NCBI GenBank assembly: GCA_051294375.1
Contig: CM119270.1
Coordinates: 15,332,863-15,396,862, forward strand
From: Paraspadella gotoi
Lineage: Eukaryota; Animalia; Chaetognatha
Length of the DNA stretch: 64,000 nucleotides
Direction of reading: 5' to 3'
The notes under the pieces were generated by a model, which made no database searches, was not told the origin of the DNA, and saw nothing but the letters and a program-made list of their open reading frames with translations. Shown piece by piece: positions 13,220 through 26,610 of this stretch (the stretch's first letter is position 1; the number at the start of each line of letters is the position of its first letter). The position numbers were made by a program, and so were the translations under genes.

Positions 13220-13600
13220 CCCACCCATCCCCCTCCTTCTACACGCCATACCCCTCCTTCTAACAAACCCCATCCCTCCTTCCCCAACCACCATCCCCTC
13301 CTACACACCCCATCCCCCTCCTTCTACACCCATCCCCCTCCTTCTATCTACACCCCATCCCCCTCCTTCTACACCCCATCCCCCTCACTTTCTACAACCC
13401 CAATCCCCCCTTCTACACCCCATCCACTCCTTCTAACACCCATCCCCTCCTTCTACACACCATCCCTCCTTCTAACACCTCTCCCATCCCCTCCTTCTAC
13501 CACCCATCCGCCTCCCTTACAAGCCCCATCCCGCGCGCTCCTTCTAGACACCCCATCCCCCTCTTTACCACCCCATCCCCCTCTTGTACACCCCATCCTC
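13220..13600 (+). repeat. About 21-bp C-rich minisatellite (acaccccatccccctccttct)n
   Basis: Directly visible units. Confidence 0.85.
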
Positions 13601-15200
13601 CCCCGTCACCGGCGAGGATGACCTGCTTCTTCGACGCGATGGAACCGGACGGCCGGCCGTCCTCCCCGTTGCGGCTTCGAGAATGTCACCTCCACCTCGG
13701 TGGAATGGCTGCAGGGATTCGACGCCCGCCGATGATCTGGTGGACTCGGTCTGCAGCGACGGCGTCGCCGAGACGAAGCGGAAGGCGTCGACGAGAACGG
13801 ACTGCCTCTACGCCCGCTCAGTCGTCAGGACTTTGGGTAGGGAAGATGTGCCCTTTGTTAATTTATGGCTTTTCGATGACATAAATTAAATTACTAAATT
13901 AGTCTCGGTAAAACTTTACACGAAGGTCGAGGATTAATTTCGTAAGCTCTCTTCCCGCTTCTTTTTCCTCCTCCTCCTCCTCCTCCTCCTCCTATTTATT
14001 TTCTTCCCCTTTTACAAGACACCATCAGCACTACAGCCTCCTTCATGTCCTGTCCCGACGACGAGACCTTCTTCGACGATGACCATCGACGACGACGATG
14101 ACGACGATCCGATTCTCCGCCGACGGCTCGACGCTCCACACCGATCCAAATCCTACCTCCGTCTGACGAAAGAGGCGTCCCTTGTCGCTTGGCGTCTTCG
14201 ACGGCGTCCGTCGTCAAGCCGCTTCAGCAGCAGCCGCCGCCCACGCCTCACCCTTCCCGCTGCCATGCAAGACGGCCGTCCTATTCTCGTCTTCCACGGC
14301 GGATCTGTTCTCGACGCCGGGCAGGAACCTCACCGGTCCAAGGCTTCCGACACGGGGGCACGATTTCAGGTGAGGAAAAGGGGTGCAGGATTCAGTTGAA
14401 GAAAAAAAGGGGTCAGGTCAGAATTTCTAATTAGACTGAAAATTATCTTACCCTCTTACCCCTTGTCAACCCAGGGATCTGCTTCGATAACTTTAATGAA
14501 GAAAATTTTTTGTAGATGAACGTTCTTGCGAAACCTAATCAAGGCGCCAATAGCAAAATCCTCAAATAGATTTCTCGCCTCCACGACGCATTCATCCTCT
14601 CGAGATCTTGATCCACTTTAAAATCTTCCTTAATGTTTTCTTTCCTTCCTGTTCTGTTCATCTTCTATTGTTCTTTCCTCTTTCATCCTTTTCTTCTTTC
14701 TGTTCATCTCTATTGTCTTTCCTCTTTTCTTTTTTTCTGTTATCTTCTATTGCTTTCCTCTTTCATCCTTTCTTTTTTCTGTTCATTCTCTATTTGCTTT
14801 CCTCTTTCATCCTTTTCTTTTTTCCTTTCTCTTCTAATTGTCCTTTCCCTTTCATACCTTTCCTTTTTTTCTGTTCATCTTCCTAATTGTCTTTCCTTTT
14901 TTCTTCCCTTTCACTCCTTATTGTTTTCCCCTTTATTTAAATCTCTCCACTCCTCTCACCAGTCACCCTGAAACCGCCGTCCTCGAGATGCCACTCACCC
15001 GCACCGCTCACGCGACACAAGACACCGCACTCGCCCGTCCGACACGCGTCAGCTGCCCGTCTCTCTGTTGGACACGCTGTTCCGCACTGACGCGAACTCA
15101 GATCCTTTCGGTACTCCCGTGCGCGTCGCCTCTGGCCAACAGTTTCGATCCTGACGGTTACTGTCACGCAGCCATCGGGCCATCGGCGCTCTCTCCGCGG
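13600..15200 (+). CDS. GC-rich exons (about 13600-13836, 14017-14369, 14962-15200) of a putative MAM-like-domain protein
   Basis: TCFFD...CGFENVTSTSVEWLQG.STP...D...CLY and ...ARFQ|gtgagg resemble the MAM pattern CxF..CG....W...TP..LY...FQ. Donors at 13837 and 14370. Needs frameshifts. Confidence 0.4.
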
Positions 15201-15938
15201 TGGAGTTGGAGAGGGGGGGGGGTGGAAAAGGGGAGCAGGAAGTATGGGGTGTTGAGGGGGGAATTTGTTGCTCATGCCTATTCTAATTTAAGTCTAGACG
15301 AAGGGTCAATAAGTTTCGGGTTTTTGACAAAAATGTTCGGTTCCTTCGTTGGAATTTTAGATTTCGGCGTCCGTTTTTTTCGGGGGATATTTTTGTCACG
15401 CACACGGCTTATTCAGGAATTGGCTGAAAGGCGGTTTGTCTTGTCAGCTTCTCTTTATGATGATGTTTCCATCCTTAATGCCCTCCCGCTGCTGAGTCTG
15501 GTTACAGTTTTTCGATTTGTCATCATCAGATTTTTTCCTTCGCTGGGAAGCCCGCGTGTTTATCGAACACCATCCGCCACCACTGGCCCTACCCCTCCGC
15601 CACCAACTACCCTACTCTCCGCCATCACTCGCCCTAACCCTCGGACCCGCCCACTACCTATCCTCCGCCACCCTGATTTCATACCCCACTCCGCCACCAC
15701 TTCCCTACCGCTCCGACCTTTCTCTTTTCTTTAATGGTTTTCCTCAGATTTTTTGTTTTCCTTCTTCAGTCTCGGTCTTTTCCCATCGATTTTTAATTGC
15801 TCTTTCTGTAATACCCGCTTCTTAGGCCTTCNNNNNNNNNNNNNNNNNNNNNNNNNCGATCCGGCGCATCCCCGAAGTGATCTAGATCGCCTGTCGAAAG
15901 CAGGCCATCGCCGTTGGTTTCCATAACACGATTGAGAC

Positions 15939-15980
<42 letters not shown>

Positions 15981-16563
15981 CACAAAATGAAGCGATTGAG
16001 AGGATAATGGAGAGTGTGAAGGAAGTCAACGAGGGGACAAGGATGTCGTCTCGTCAAACCGGAAACTGACATCGAGTGACATCCTCCACTATCCTATGAC
16101 ATCTTATGATATCCTTGCATGAATCAAAAANNNNNNNNNNNNNNNNNNNNNNNNNNNNNNNNNNNNNNNNNNNNNNNNNNNNNNNNNNNNNNNNNNNNNN
16201 NNNNNNNNNNNNNNNNNNNNNNNNNNNNNNNNNNNNNNNNNNNNNNNNNNNNNNNNNNNNNNNNNNNNNNNNNNNNNNNNNNNNNNNNNNNNNNNNNNNN
16301 NNNNNNNNNNNNNNNNNNNNNNNNNNNNNNNNNNNNNNNNNNNNNNNNNNNNNNNNNNNNNNNNNNNNNNNNNNNNNNNNNNNNNNNNNNNNNNNNNNNN
16401 NNNNNNNNNNNNNNNNNNNNNNNNNNNNNNNNNNNNNNNNNNNNNNNNGATTCTCAGGAAGTTATCTTTAACGCCTTGCCCTTTTTTTTCGTTCGCGCTA
16501 ATGACCGATTTGATACTTTACTTCATATATACTCGGTCCGGGATCTCTAAAATCTTTACGTGT

Positions 16564-18630
16564 TGAGAGAGAGGAGAGAGAGAGGTACCGACCTTCTCTA
16601 ATTGACCTCTCTTTGTTCGGCAAATGCTCGAAACGACTCCCCCTCTCTTTCCGCTGAACCGGTTTACTTGTCCACCACTGATTGTGTCCGGTAAGGCTCT
16701 TTTAGACCCTTTGTGTTGGTATCCGCCTGTTTCGGCCGCCCTGCTGAAATGTTAAGTTGAGGTTTGGGCCTGTTTTACCTTTTTTCTTCTATTTTCACAA
16801 CTCCGTTCGAAAAAAGACCCCAACTTGCACATACAAAAGTTGCTGTCAAACGTCCCTTGGACCAGCGCATTGGACATCAAATCTAGGGTCTTAGTTCCTT
16901 ATTCGCTGTTTTAAGAAACGCTTACCTGATTTACTTCCTCAGCCCCATTACCCCTGTCCAGCGCCTGGCGCTCCCTGCGGAAGTATTCCCTCTGTCCAGC
17001 GCGCTTACTTCCCGCGGAAGTCTTCCCTGTCCAGCGCCTGACCTCCTGCGGATAGTCTTCCCTGTTTAGCGCCTGACTCCCTGCGAAAGTCTTCCCTGTT
17101 ATAGCGCTTGTCAAAAAGTTCGCCGGAGTTGTTTGTGTCGACCGTCGTCTCTTCGCCAAGACCCGCTTTATTTTATTTGGGGGGAAGGCAGGGGAACTCG
17201 AAATGGCGGGAGAGGGGGCGACGAAAGTGGGAATTTGAATTGCGGCGAGTTTTAGGGGCGGAGNNNNNNNNNNNNNNNNNNNNNNNNNNNNNNNNNNNNN
17301 NNNNNNNNNNNNNNNNNNNNNNNNNNNNNNNNNNNNNNNNNNNNNNNNNNNNNNNNNNNNNNNNNNNNNNNNNNNNNNNNNNNNNNNNNNNNNNNNNNNN
17401 NNNNNNNNNNNNNNNNNNNNNNNNNNNNNNNNNNNNNNNNNNNNNNNNNNNNNNNNNNNNNNNNNNNNNNNNNNNNNNNNNNNNNNNNNNNNNNNNNNNN
17501 NNNNNNNNNNNNNNNNNNNNNNNNNNNNNNNNNNNNNNNNNNNNNNNNNNNGGGGGGGGCATTAAGAGACAGTGGGGCAGTGGGACAAGGTCGTTCGCTG
17601 ATTAAGAAAACGACCTCGTCGCCTTTTCTCCGGTTTTTTTTTCGGTCCGAATTTCTGTTTGTTTTGGTTTTCGATGGACGTTTGTTTACTTTCGTTTTCG
17701 ATTGTTTTTATTCCTCGTTTTATTTGTTTTGTCTAGATGTTTAAGGAGTCGATTTTCCGTTTTTTTGATTTGGCGGCGTTTCTGTTTTTGAGGTTTTATT
17801 TTCGCAAAGGATATTTTCTTCTAAACAATTTTTGTTGTTGAAGTTTTTCAATTTATTTTTTTTTTGTTTTCCTCTTTGAGGCTGTTTCTTCACAATCCTC
17901 ATGAACTTTGTCATCTTCTTCATTGTCGTCATCAGCATCATCATCGTCGTGGTCTTCTCTACGTCGTCGTCCCTCATCCGAATCGTCATCGTCTTCTCAT
18001 TCGATGTTTATTAGTCGCCCTTCGATATTCGTCACCGCGCCAAAGTCGTTGTCGTTTTCATCCTCCTCCTCCTCCTCCTCCTCCTCCTCCTCCTCCTCTT
18101 CTCCCTTTCGCTGTTTATCAGTTTGGCATCCAATATTCCTCGTCGCGCGGGAGACATTAACCTTTCGGTCTCAGGCATTAAAGAGTCGGTCAGTTTTCCT
18201 CGAATCTCGAGACGTCAAAAGATTTCCTTTCTCTTTCCCTGCTCCTTTTTCTCTCTCCCGCGTTACATTACGACTTCGCACGCGCATTGTAACGACCTCA
18301 TAACGCGCGGGCGGCGGGCAGCGGGTCGAAAAAGTTATGGCAACGCACGCGTCGAGCGGGCTATGACGGGCGGCGGGCGGAGAAGACCGTAGGGGAACGG
18401 GATCGCGACCTTAGCAACGAGGTTGCGGGAAAATCGAGGCGCTTGGCAACGATTTTACGGAGAAAATGGCGGCCTTAGCAACGGGGTTAACGGGAAGGAG
18501 GCGAGCGATAATAAGGAGGAAGGAATGAGCTCATCCAGTGAGCAATGTATAGGAGGTGATCGGAGGTTATGAGTTTTAACTTTTTGCTTGCTTGCTTGCT
18601 TGCTTGATTGCATGCTTGCTTGCTTGCTTG

Positions 18631-18721
<91 letters not shown>

Positions 18722-19014
18722 TATTTTTTGCTTTCTTACTTTCTTTCTTTCTATCTTTATCTTTTTCACCTCATTGTTTTACCTCCAATTGTTTCCCTCC
18801 ATTCAATTTTTTCCTAATCTCCTTTTCCTCCCCTATTCAATATTCCAGTTCTCTTAACTTGTTTTGTCTTCCCAAATGTTTCCTCTCTTCCTCCTTTTTC
18901 TCTTTCCTTTTATTTTATGTACCCGATGCTTCCTTCCCTCCTTTGTTCTTTCTCTTTTCCAATCACCTGTATTTCAAGAAACGAGACTCATAAAATGCTT
19001 CTGCCGCGCCATGC
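16564..19014 (-). repeat. Inverted duplicate of 1177-3406, includes a long (CTTT)n tract at about 18630-18722
   Basis: Reverse-complement identity with 1177-3406; bounded by and containing N-gaps. Confidence 0.95.
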
Positions 19015-19771
19015 NNNNNNNNNNNNNNNNNNNNNNNNNCAGGAGAGATGAGAAGGGGTAGGAAAGGTGAATGAGGGAGATAGTAGGCAGATGGGAAAGG
19101 AAAAGGGAGCGGAATGCAAGAGAAAAGGGGAAAGAAGGAAGAAAGAGAAAGAGAAAAAAGGGAGTCGGGGGAAAATGGAGACGCTGAGAACAAGATACTG
19201 AAGGATACGACTTTGAACTCAAAATATTAGAAAAATCATAAAAAACTTAAAAGACGATATAAAAAAATTAAAAAAAAAAGGGAAAAAAAAAGTAAATTCA
19301 AAAGAAGATAAAGAATTTTCTTCTTTCTCCTTTTTCCAATAACGGGAAAAGTTTTATTTTAATTTATTATTTGGCTTTTTTTTTTTAGTTTTCCGAGCGA
19401 AGAATCGGAAAATTTGTCCTTCTCCTTTTTTTTTTTCCGCGAACCGCGACAATATGGAAATCGAAAGGGGGGAGTAATGGGGGGAGGAACAGTGGAACGG
19501 TCCTAGGTGGCGTGATGCGGGTAAGGTAGGATGAGGCTCGCGGCAACGGGTTTATGACATAGAGTGAGGCATATTGATGATGGAGGCGGACTCTCCGCCG
19601 GGAAATGAGAAATATGTTCTCAGCTGGGAATTCCATCGACGATTAAAATATCACCTCCGATGGATAATATTATATTCTTGGATATTTTTTTCTCTCAACT
19701 GTCATTTCAATAAATAATTGGATATTCTCCTCTCTCTCTTCTCTCTTCTCTTATACTCTCCTCTCTCTCAT

Positions 19772-19821
<50 letters not shown>

Positions 19822-20249
19822 TCTCTCTCTCTCTACTCTCTTTCCCACCTCTGCAAAATGTAACGGATCAGTTTCATGATTATGATGCAAGAGAACAATG
19901 TTTGATAAACATCTACATAAGTCATTAAGCCACTGGAGTCAAATTCAGTTTTAATCATCGACTTGCATTGTTTCGATGTTGATAATCAATTCAATCAGCC
20001 ACACCGAATATCATTTTGTTTACATCTTTTGTTTAATCGATGAAACAGACCATTCGCGTATGCTTATTGATGTTTAATGACACAAATTAAACTCAATAAA
20101 CATTTACCCACCCTCTTTTTTTTTCATCGCACAGACACGGAGATGACATTTTCCTCTTTGCTCACGCAGCTTTCTTGCCGCGCCGCTTGCCGTCCGCCGC
20201 TGCCGACACGCGCCCGGCTCTCCGGCTCGGATCTGACTTTGTCGTCGAC

Positions 20250-20778
20250 ATGCCGAATCCGGCCGATGCCATGCCGACGCCGCCAGGACGCCGCCGATTC
20301 TCGGTGGGCCGTTCACTGCGATGCGTGGCGTCAACCGGCCGCCGCCGAACGCCGCCAGAAAGTCGCCGGCAGCGCCGGTGGCTCGATAGAATCGCGCCGA
20401 GTTCGGGAGAGGCGTCGCCGGACTCTTTCCGTCCGGTCCGCTGCCGATCTCATTCCGCTCACGATCTGAGTGAGGAAAACGGTGCGCGTGGGTGAGTCAT
20501 TTGAAAAATTAAGGTTCCGTTTTGTTAATTTACCATTTTGATGTCAAGCTGAAGATATTGCAAGTAAATACATCATGGCATAACTCATGACATAACTTTT
20601 TGCTCCCATTACCAGTTCTTTGGTCGGTCGCGGTGCTGACCGGCGTCGGTTCGTCCAATAACCGCGCCGCCGACGCCGCCGACCAGAGTTGTCGCCGAAA
20701 TCGGCGTGAACTCTGCCAGTCGCCGACGAAAATTCAAGAGGATTTCGAAAGGATGAGAGGAGGAGAACTGCGAGGAGG
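20250..20778 (+). CDS. BAD-like BH3-only gene, copy 2 (exons about 20250-20470 and 20616-20778)
   Basis: MPNPADAMPTPPGRRRFSVG...SPDSFRPVRCRSHSAHDL joins in phase 2 (ag|t) to the BH3 exon. RCRSHS is an RxRxxS motif like BAD RGRSRS. The BH3 exon has indels in this copy. Confidence 0.65.
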
Positions 20779-21480
20779 GTAAAGTGAAAGAGGATGGAAG
20801 GAAAGGGGCGCGAGGAGGAAGGGTTAAATAAATATATATAATAACACAAAGATAAGGTTTTTTGTTGATTATTTCAAAAGGATACGTGAGCGGGGTTTTC
20901 ATATCGCCAGGAACAGTGGCTGGTAAGATACTATTTGTTACTATTTGTTAATTTTTAAACAAAAAAAATTCCCAGATAAATTTTTTAGCAATTTAAAGTT
21001 ACTCTTGTAAATTTCCTAATTTTCGATTAAGGATATGAAGACAATGATAGGAGGACTGTTAAAATTATCTTATTTTTTTTTCCGCGAAAAATTTTTTTTC
21101 AAAAATAAGGGACGACTAAGGCAGATTGGCAAAAAATTGCGCAATAACAGTTGACAAATCTAAAAAATATTGCTACAATGATGTCATGTCTTTTATTCTA
21201 TACGTATGTATGAAAGCGTTTTATTCTCGCGACGTCAGTCGGACGAGCTTTTTTTGTTTCGGCGGGCGATACGTCAATTATTTAAAGAATTTACGTCAGA
21301 CTCTGGCGGTAATAATAGTCAACTGGAAGCGAGGCAAATGTAGGCGCGGTCAATATCGTATAGTTAAGCTCCGTTGAACGGTGTCCACACTCAACACCTT
21401 TGGGCGAGAGAGTCGGGGACATTAAAGGGAAACCGAGAGAAGGGAATTCTCGTTCAATCACAATTTGCCCTATAAATAAT

Positions 21481-21531
<51 letters not shown>

Positions 21532-21640
21532 AGAGATCGAGAGAAAGAGAGACGACCGAGGAGAGGAGAGAAGACAGACAGAGAAGACAGAGACGGTAAT
21601 TCACGCCGAACGGGTGGTGCGACAGATTTCATCAAAATTG
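20453..21640 (+). repeat. Direct duplicate of 1-1177
   Basis: Match ends at ...catcaaaattg, after which the two copies diverge. Confidence 0.95.
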
Positions 21641-21946
21641 AGTGTACCACTCGCAAATAAAAAACAGAAAATAGGGTCTTTTTGAGGAAGTGAGAATTTT
21701 ATGGGTTCCAACCCCAGGATCAAGTCGGGGCAAGTTCTCTCTCTTCTCCTTCTGATTCCATCTCTCTTTGTCTCCCGGAAGGTTCTCGAATTTCCTTTTG
21801 TCCGCAACAATTCCATCTGTTGCTGAAATCACCGCGAGTCAGAATTATGAATCATGAGAGAAATTTCAAGGAAGGATTGACCACTTTTTTTGGAAAAAAA
21901 AGAGGAGGAGATTACCTTATCTATTTTCTTATCCTCTCTCTCTCTC

Positions 21947-21984
<38 letters not shown>

Positions 21985-21985
21985 G

Positions 21986-22027
<42 letters not shown>

Positions 22028-24142
22028 CCATCGGTGGTTAAGAAAATTCTGATGATTCATGGGGCAGAAATTCCATTCGGCCGCGTGGCCGACTTTCAGT
22101 GCCTCGATCGTCGTGGCACACGGTCATCGTCGTCGTCGTTCGTCGTCATCGTCGTCGTCGTCGTCAATCGTCGTCGTCGTCGTCATCGTCGNNNNNNNNN
22201 NNNNNNNNNNNNNNNNNNNNNNNNNNNNNNNNNNNNNNNNNNNNNNNNNNNNNNNNNNNNNNNNNNNNNNNNNCCGTCGTCCCAGTCGGCGAGACGATTA
22301 ATTTAATTTTGGGGAAAATCGAAGATTTTGTGGTGTAAAGTCAGAGGACGAGGAGGAAGGAAGGGAGGAAGAAGGGGAGGAGACGAGGAGGGAGAATGGG
22401 AGGAAATAGGGAAAAAACTGAGAAAAGAAAAGATAAGGATTAGAAAATAAAGGAATTAAGGATACTGAAATGAGAAGAGGAAAAATGAAGGAAAGAAAAT
22501 GGTGAGGTAAGTTAAAGAAAAAGGGGTAAGAAAAGACAATTATTATTATTAGAGCTACAAGAAAGAGAATAACTATGAAAGGCAATGAATTGAAATTTAA
22601 AGAATAACACAAGGAAATGAACGTTGAATGGGAAGGAGGAACCTAAAAAATCTAATCATGAAATCCTTAACGATAGAATAAGAAAACAGCGGGGAGGCAC
22701 CAAAAAAAAATAAAAAAAAAGGAAAAGAAAGAAAACAAAGGGAAGAAACAAAAAAACAATTATAATGCAAAGGAACTTTGACGCCGGAAGAAAACTGGGG
22801 AAGAACGGAAGGAAACGAGTTATTAAAAGAAGGAAGCAAACGAAAGATAATGAAAAGGTTGAAGTCAGAAAAGAAAAAAAAGAAGAAAAATCGGTTTACG
22901 GAGGATATTCGTCTCATTCTTGACGAAATTAATTATTGGATCATTATTAGTCAACGATTCGTAAAAGAGGCGAGAAATTGTCTTTGCGTTGTTGATTGGA
23001 TCGCGATTTGCGGTCAGCGGGCGTTTGAGATAAACGTCTGATAATAGTTTCGAGTGTTTAAAGAATTTTAAATGTTAAGACGATAAGTCATAAGTTAAGA
23101 ACGAACGGAATTTGCATATGATTCATAGCTCGTCGGTAAGAAAGACAAGTCGCTGCGGTTAGGATTAAGGAAATTCGAGATAAAGAACCCAACACATCTC
23201 AAGGTTTGCTCTGCTTACCAAAGGAAGCGTCATGTTTGTGTCATTTTGCGTTTATGAATGTAGCGTTCTCTCTTTTATTCAATTTGATTTCATTTAATTT
23301 TTTATTCTTTTCAAAAGCTTTCACTTCCCAGTTCCCAATATAGTTTAAAATATAAAAACTATTGTCTAAGTATTAAGTAATATCTTGAAATACTAGACAT
23401 CTAACAATGCTTAGATTTCAATACTTACCACGGCTGTATGACTTACCTATATCTTTTATTCTTTCTTGACAACATATATGCCTAAAAAATCAATCACGAA
23501 AGATTAAAAATAAAAAAAGAAGAGACAAATTAAAAGAAGAAAAAAGAAAGAGACGAAATTAAAGACTGGAAAAGTGAGTTTCGCTTCAGCGAATCTTTTT
23601 TCCTTCTTTTTATTTTTTTCATTCGCCGCCCGTGCCCTTTTTTTGTCCGCTGATGAACTTGTATCGGAAAAGTCGGGTCTACTGACTCTCATCTCGGCTA
23701 ATCAGGATCCCCGATTTTCTCACGTTTTGCTTCTCTCTCTCTCTCAATCTCTCTCTCTCTCATCTTCTCTCTCTCTCTCTTCTCCTGCTCTCTTCTTTCT
23801 TTCTCTCTCTCTCTCTCCTCTCCTCTTACTGTCTCTAATCTGTACCGCAGCACGCGATTAGACCGATCGCCGACTCGTCTGGTGTTAAAATAAAAAGACG
23901 TAATTAGATGAGTCAGATTGAATTTACACACAAAAGAACGGACACACGCAGAAAAAACGCACTCAATCTCTCGCTTTCTCTAACTCTCTCTTTCTCTCTT
24001 TCTCTTTTCCTTCCAGTTTCTCCGGCCCATCTCACTCTCGCTCTCGCTTTTATTCCAAAGTCGAATGACTCACGATTTATTTTTTTGACTCATTGTAAAT
24101 CGGGGGAAAAAAATCCCCGTTGATCTCGCCAGACGGTGAAAG

Positions 24143-24206
<64 letters not shown>
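24143..24206. repeat. (GAT)n trinucleotide microsatellite
   Basis: About 21 perfect units. Confidence 0.95.
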
Positions 24207-26514
24207 CATGATGATGGTGGTGGTGGTTTATCAAGAAGAAAGATTTTCATGAGAATGATAAAAGCCTTTTTTCGCTTTTACGTCATTCATATCTGATACT
24301 GACAATTTATGACCACGACGACGACGACGACGAAGACGACGACGACGATGACGGAATCCTGTGATTTGTGAAGGAGTGTTCTGTTCACCTTTCGAGGTGA
24401 AATCACGCTTTCTTGCTTCTCTGATGTTTTACGAGTTTTTTTGACGTCCTCCCTATATTTTTTTTTGGGGTGGGAGAATTATTTACGGGAGTTATAAATT
24501 ATATATTGATTCTCATTAAACCAAAGCCAGTTTTTCAATGAATATGGAAAAATGTTAAGGATCTTACTTAATTCGTGGTGTTTTTGAGCTGGAGGTTTGG
24601 GTCTCGGGAGGGGATTTCCGTTGGGTCTACAGGCGCTACGGGCCGGGCGGATCATAACGAATCCGAGGAAGGCCTGGACTGACTGAACTGACTTACTTTC
24701 TTTTATTTTTCTTTTCTTTTGCTTTCTTTCTTTCTTGTCTTTCTTTCTTTCTTTCTTCTTTTTCTTTTCTCTTTTTCTTTCTTTCCTTTTCTTTCTTTCT
24801 TTCTTTCTTTCTCTTCTTCTTTTCTTTTTCTTTTTGTTTTGTTTTTACCCAAATGTGAATAATCGATGACATATGAACAATATACGTACTTTTAAACGGA
24901 CTGATAAAATTATAACAACCGCAATTGATCTAATTGTATAAAGGGATAATGATTCATGCAACGCACCACAAATTTCTAACTCGGCGAAATCGGGATACAT
25001 TTATTGGTCGAATACCTTACGTCCTTGTGAAGCGGTCGGAATGACCAAAGCAAAAAGACTAACCAGCGATAATTATCTGATTTCAAGACATCTTCAGCAA
25101 CAGAAGATGACGAGCTACCTAACTCGAACGATGAAACCGACAAAAGCGACAAGAATCGCACCGAAGCCGCACAGAATCACGACGGAATCCGACAAAGAGA
25201 AAACGTTTCGAACATTCGCTTTTAATGAAGGCGGACATCATTTCACGCGACGCGTCACAAGTCGAGAGATTTTTTCTTTTCATTCTTACTCCCTTTATTT
25301 ATTATTTACCTCCTCCTTTTTTTTTCTTATTTACTTCCTTTTTTTTTTTTGCTCAACCTGAATCCTTTTTTTTTCTCTTTTTATTTCTCACTAGGGGAGG
25401 AGAGAGAAAAGGTAGCGGGAATGGAGAAGTTGGAAAGAAAATATGTTTGACGCATGTCACTGTTTTCCGTCGCGCTTGTTTCTTTTGTTGTCCCGACGGT
25501 CGTCGTCGGTCGTCGTCGTAATAAGTCGTAGTTTTTCCTCGTTAGAAAGAGAGAGGAGAGAATTTCTTTTTCTTGTCATTCGACAACGAATGCAAAAAAA
25601 AAAAAGTAGGACTCGTGAATTTGAAAAAAAGAGAAAATCAAAATGAGAAGTTCTGTCTCCGTGGGGGACAGGGTAGGGTTTTGAGAGCGGGAGTGGGGTG
25701 GGATGAAAATGAAAACCAAGAACCGAATGATATTAGAAAAAAAAAAGAAAAAAAATTTTCCGAATTTGATGAAAAAAAAAGGTTTAAACAAATCATGAAT
25801 ATGAATGACCGGCTGAGTTTTCTTGAAATCAACTCCGAATCAACTATGAATATGAATGATTCCGAATTTCGTAATATTTTGAGGAACAAAAAAAAAAAAA
25901 CGAAGATTTTTTTTGCGAGAGAAAAACGACAGGTTTAATTGAATTTTTAATTTTAAAAAAGGGATATAAATTTCTTAGGAATTAGAATATATTTTTTTTA
26001 ACTTCTACGTCATATTTACATTAAGATTAAATAACAAAATTCAGTTACCCCAAAATTTTGTTAAGTTTATTCGTCACTCGTATGCAAATGAGAAAAAAAA
26101 TCACTTTCCCTCTTTCTCTTGTCTCCGTGGGTTTCACCGGAAAATCACTTCACTCAGAATCAAATATTCATGAACGTTCACAAGTCGTCGTCTAGTCCTT
26201 GATTGTTCATTTCGCAGTCAGTACGTTGTCCGTCAAATATTGTCTCGTCTTCGTCGTCGTCGTCGACTGTCCGCGGACTCGTGTGACAATCACGTAACAC
26301 GTGACAGAGACCTTTATCTCATTTGCATTTTTTTTTTTCTGTGTCTCTCGTATCGAAGCCTTTTTTTTTCTTTGAATTTTTTTTTTCAACTCTGTCTCCG
26401 TTTTTTCTCTCTCTCTCTGTCTCTCTCTCTCTCTCTCTCCATCTCTCTTATGTCGCGATTGTTGTTATTGAGACGCTTAATCAGAGACGGGCGACCCTCC
26501 GGGCGCATTCCGCG

Positions 26515-26610
<96 letters not shown>

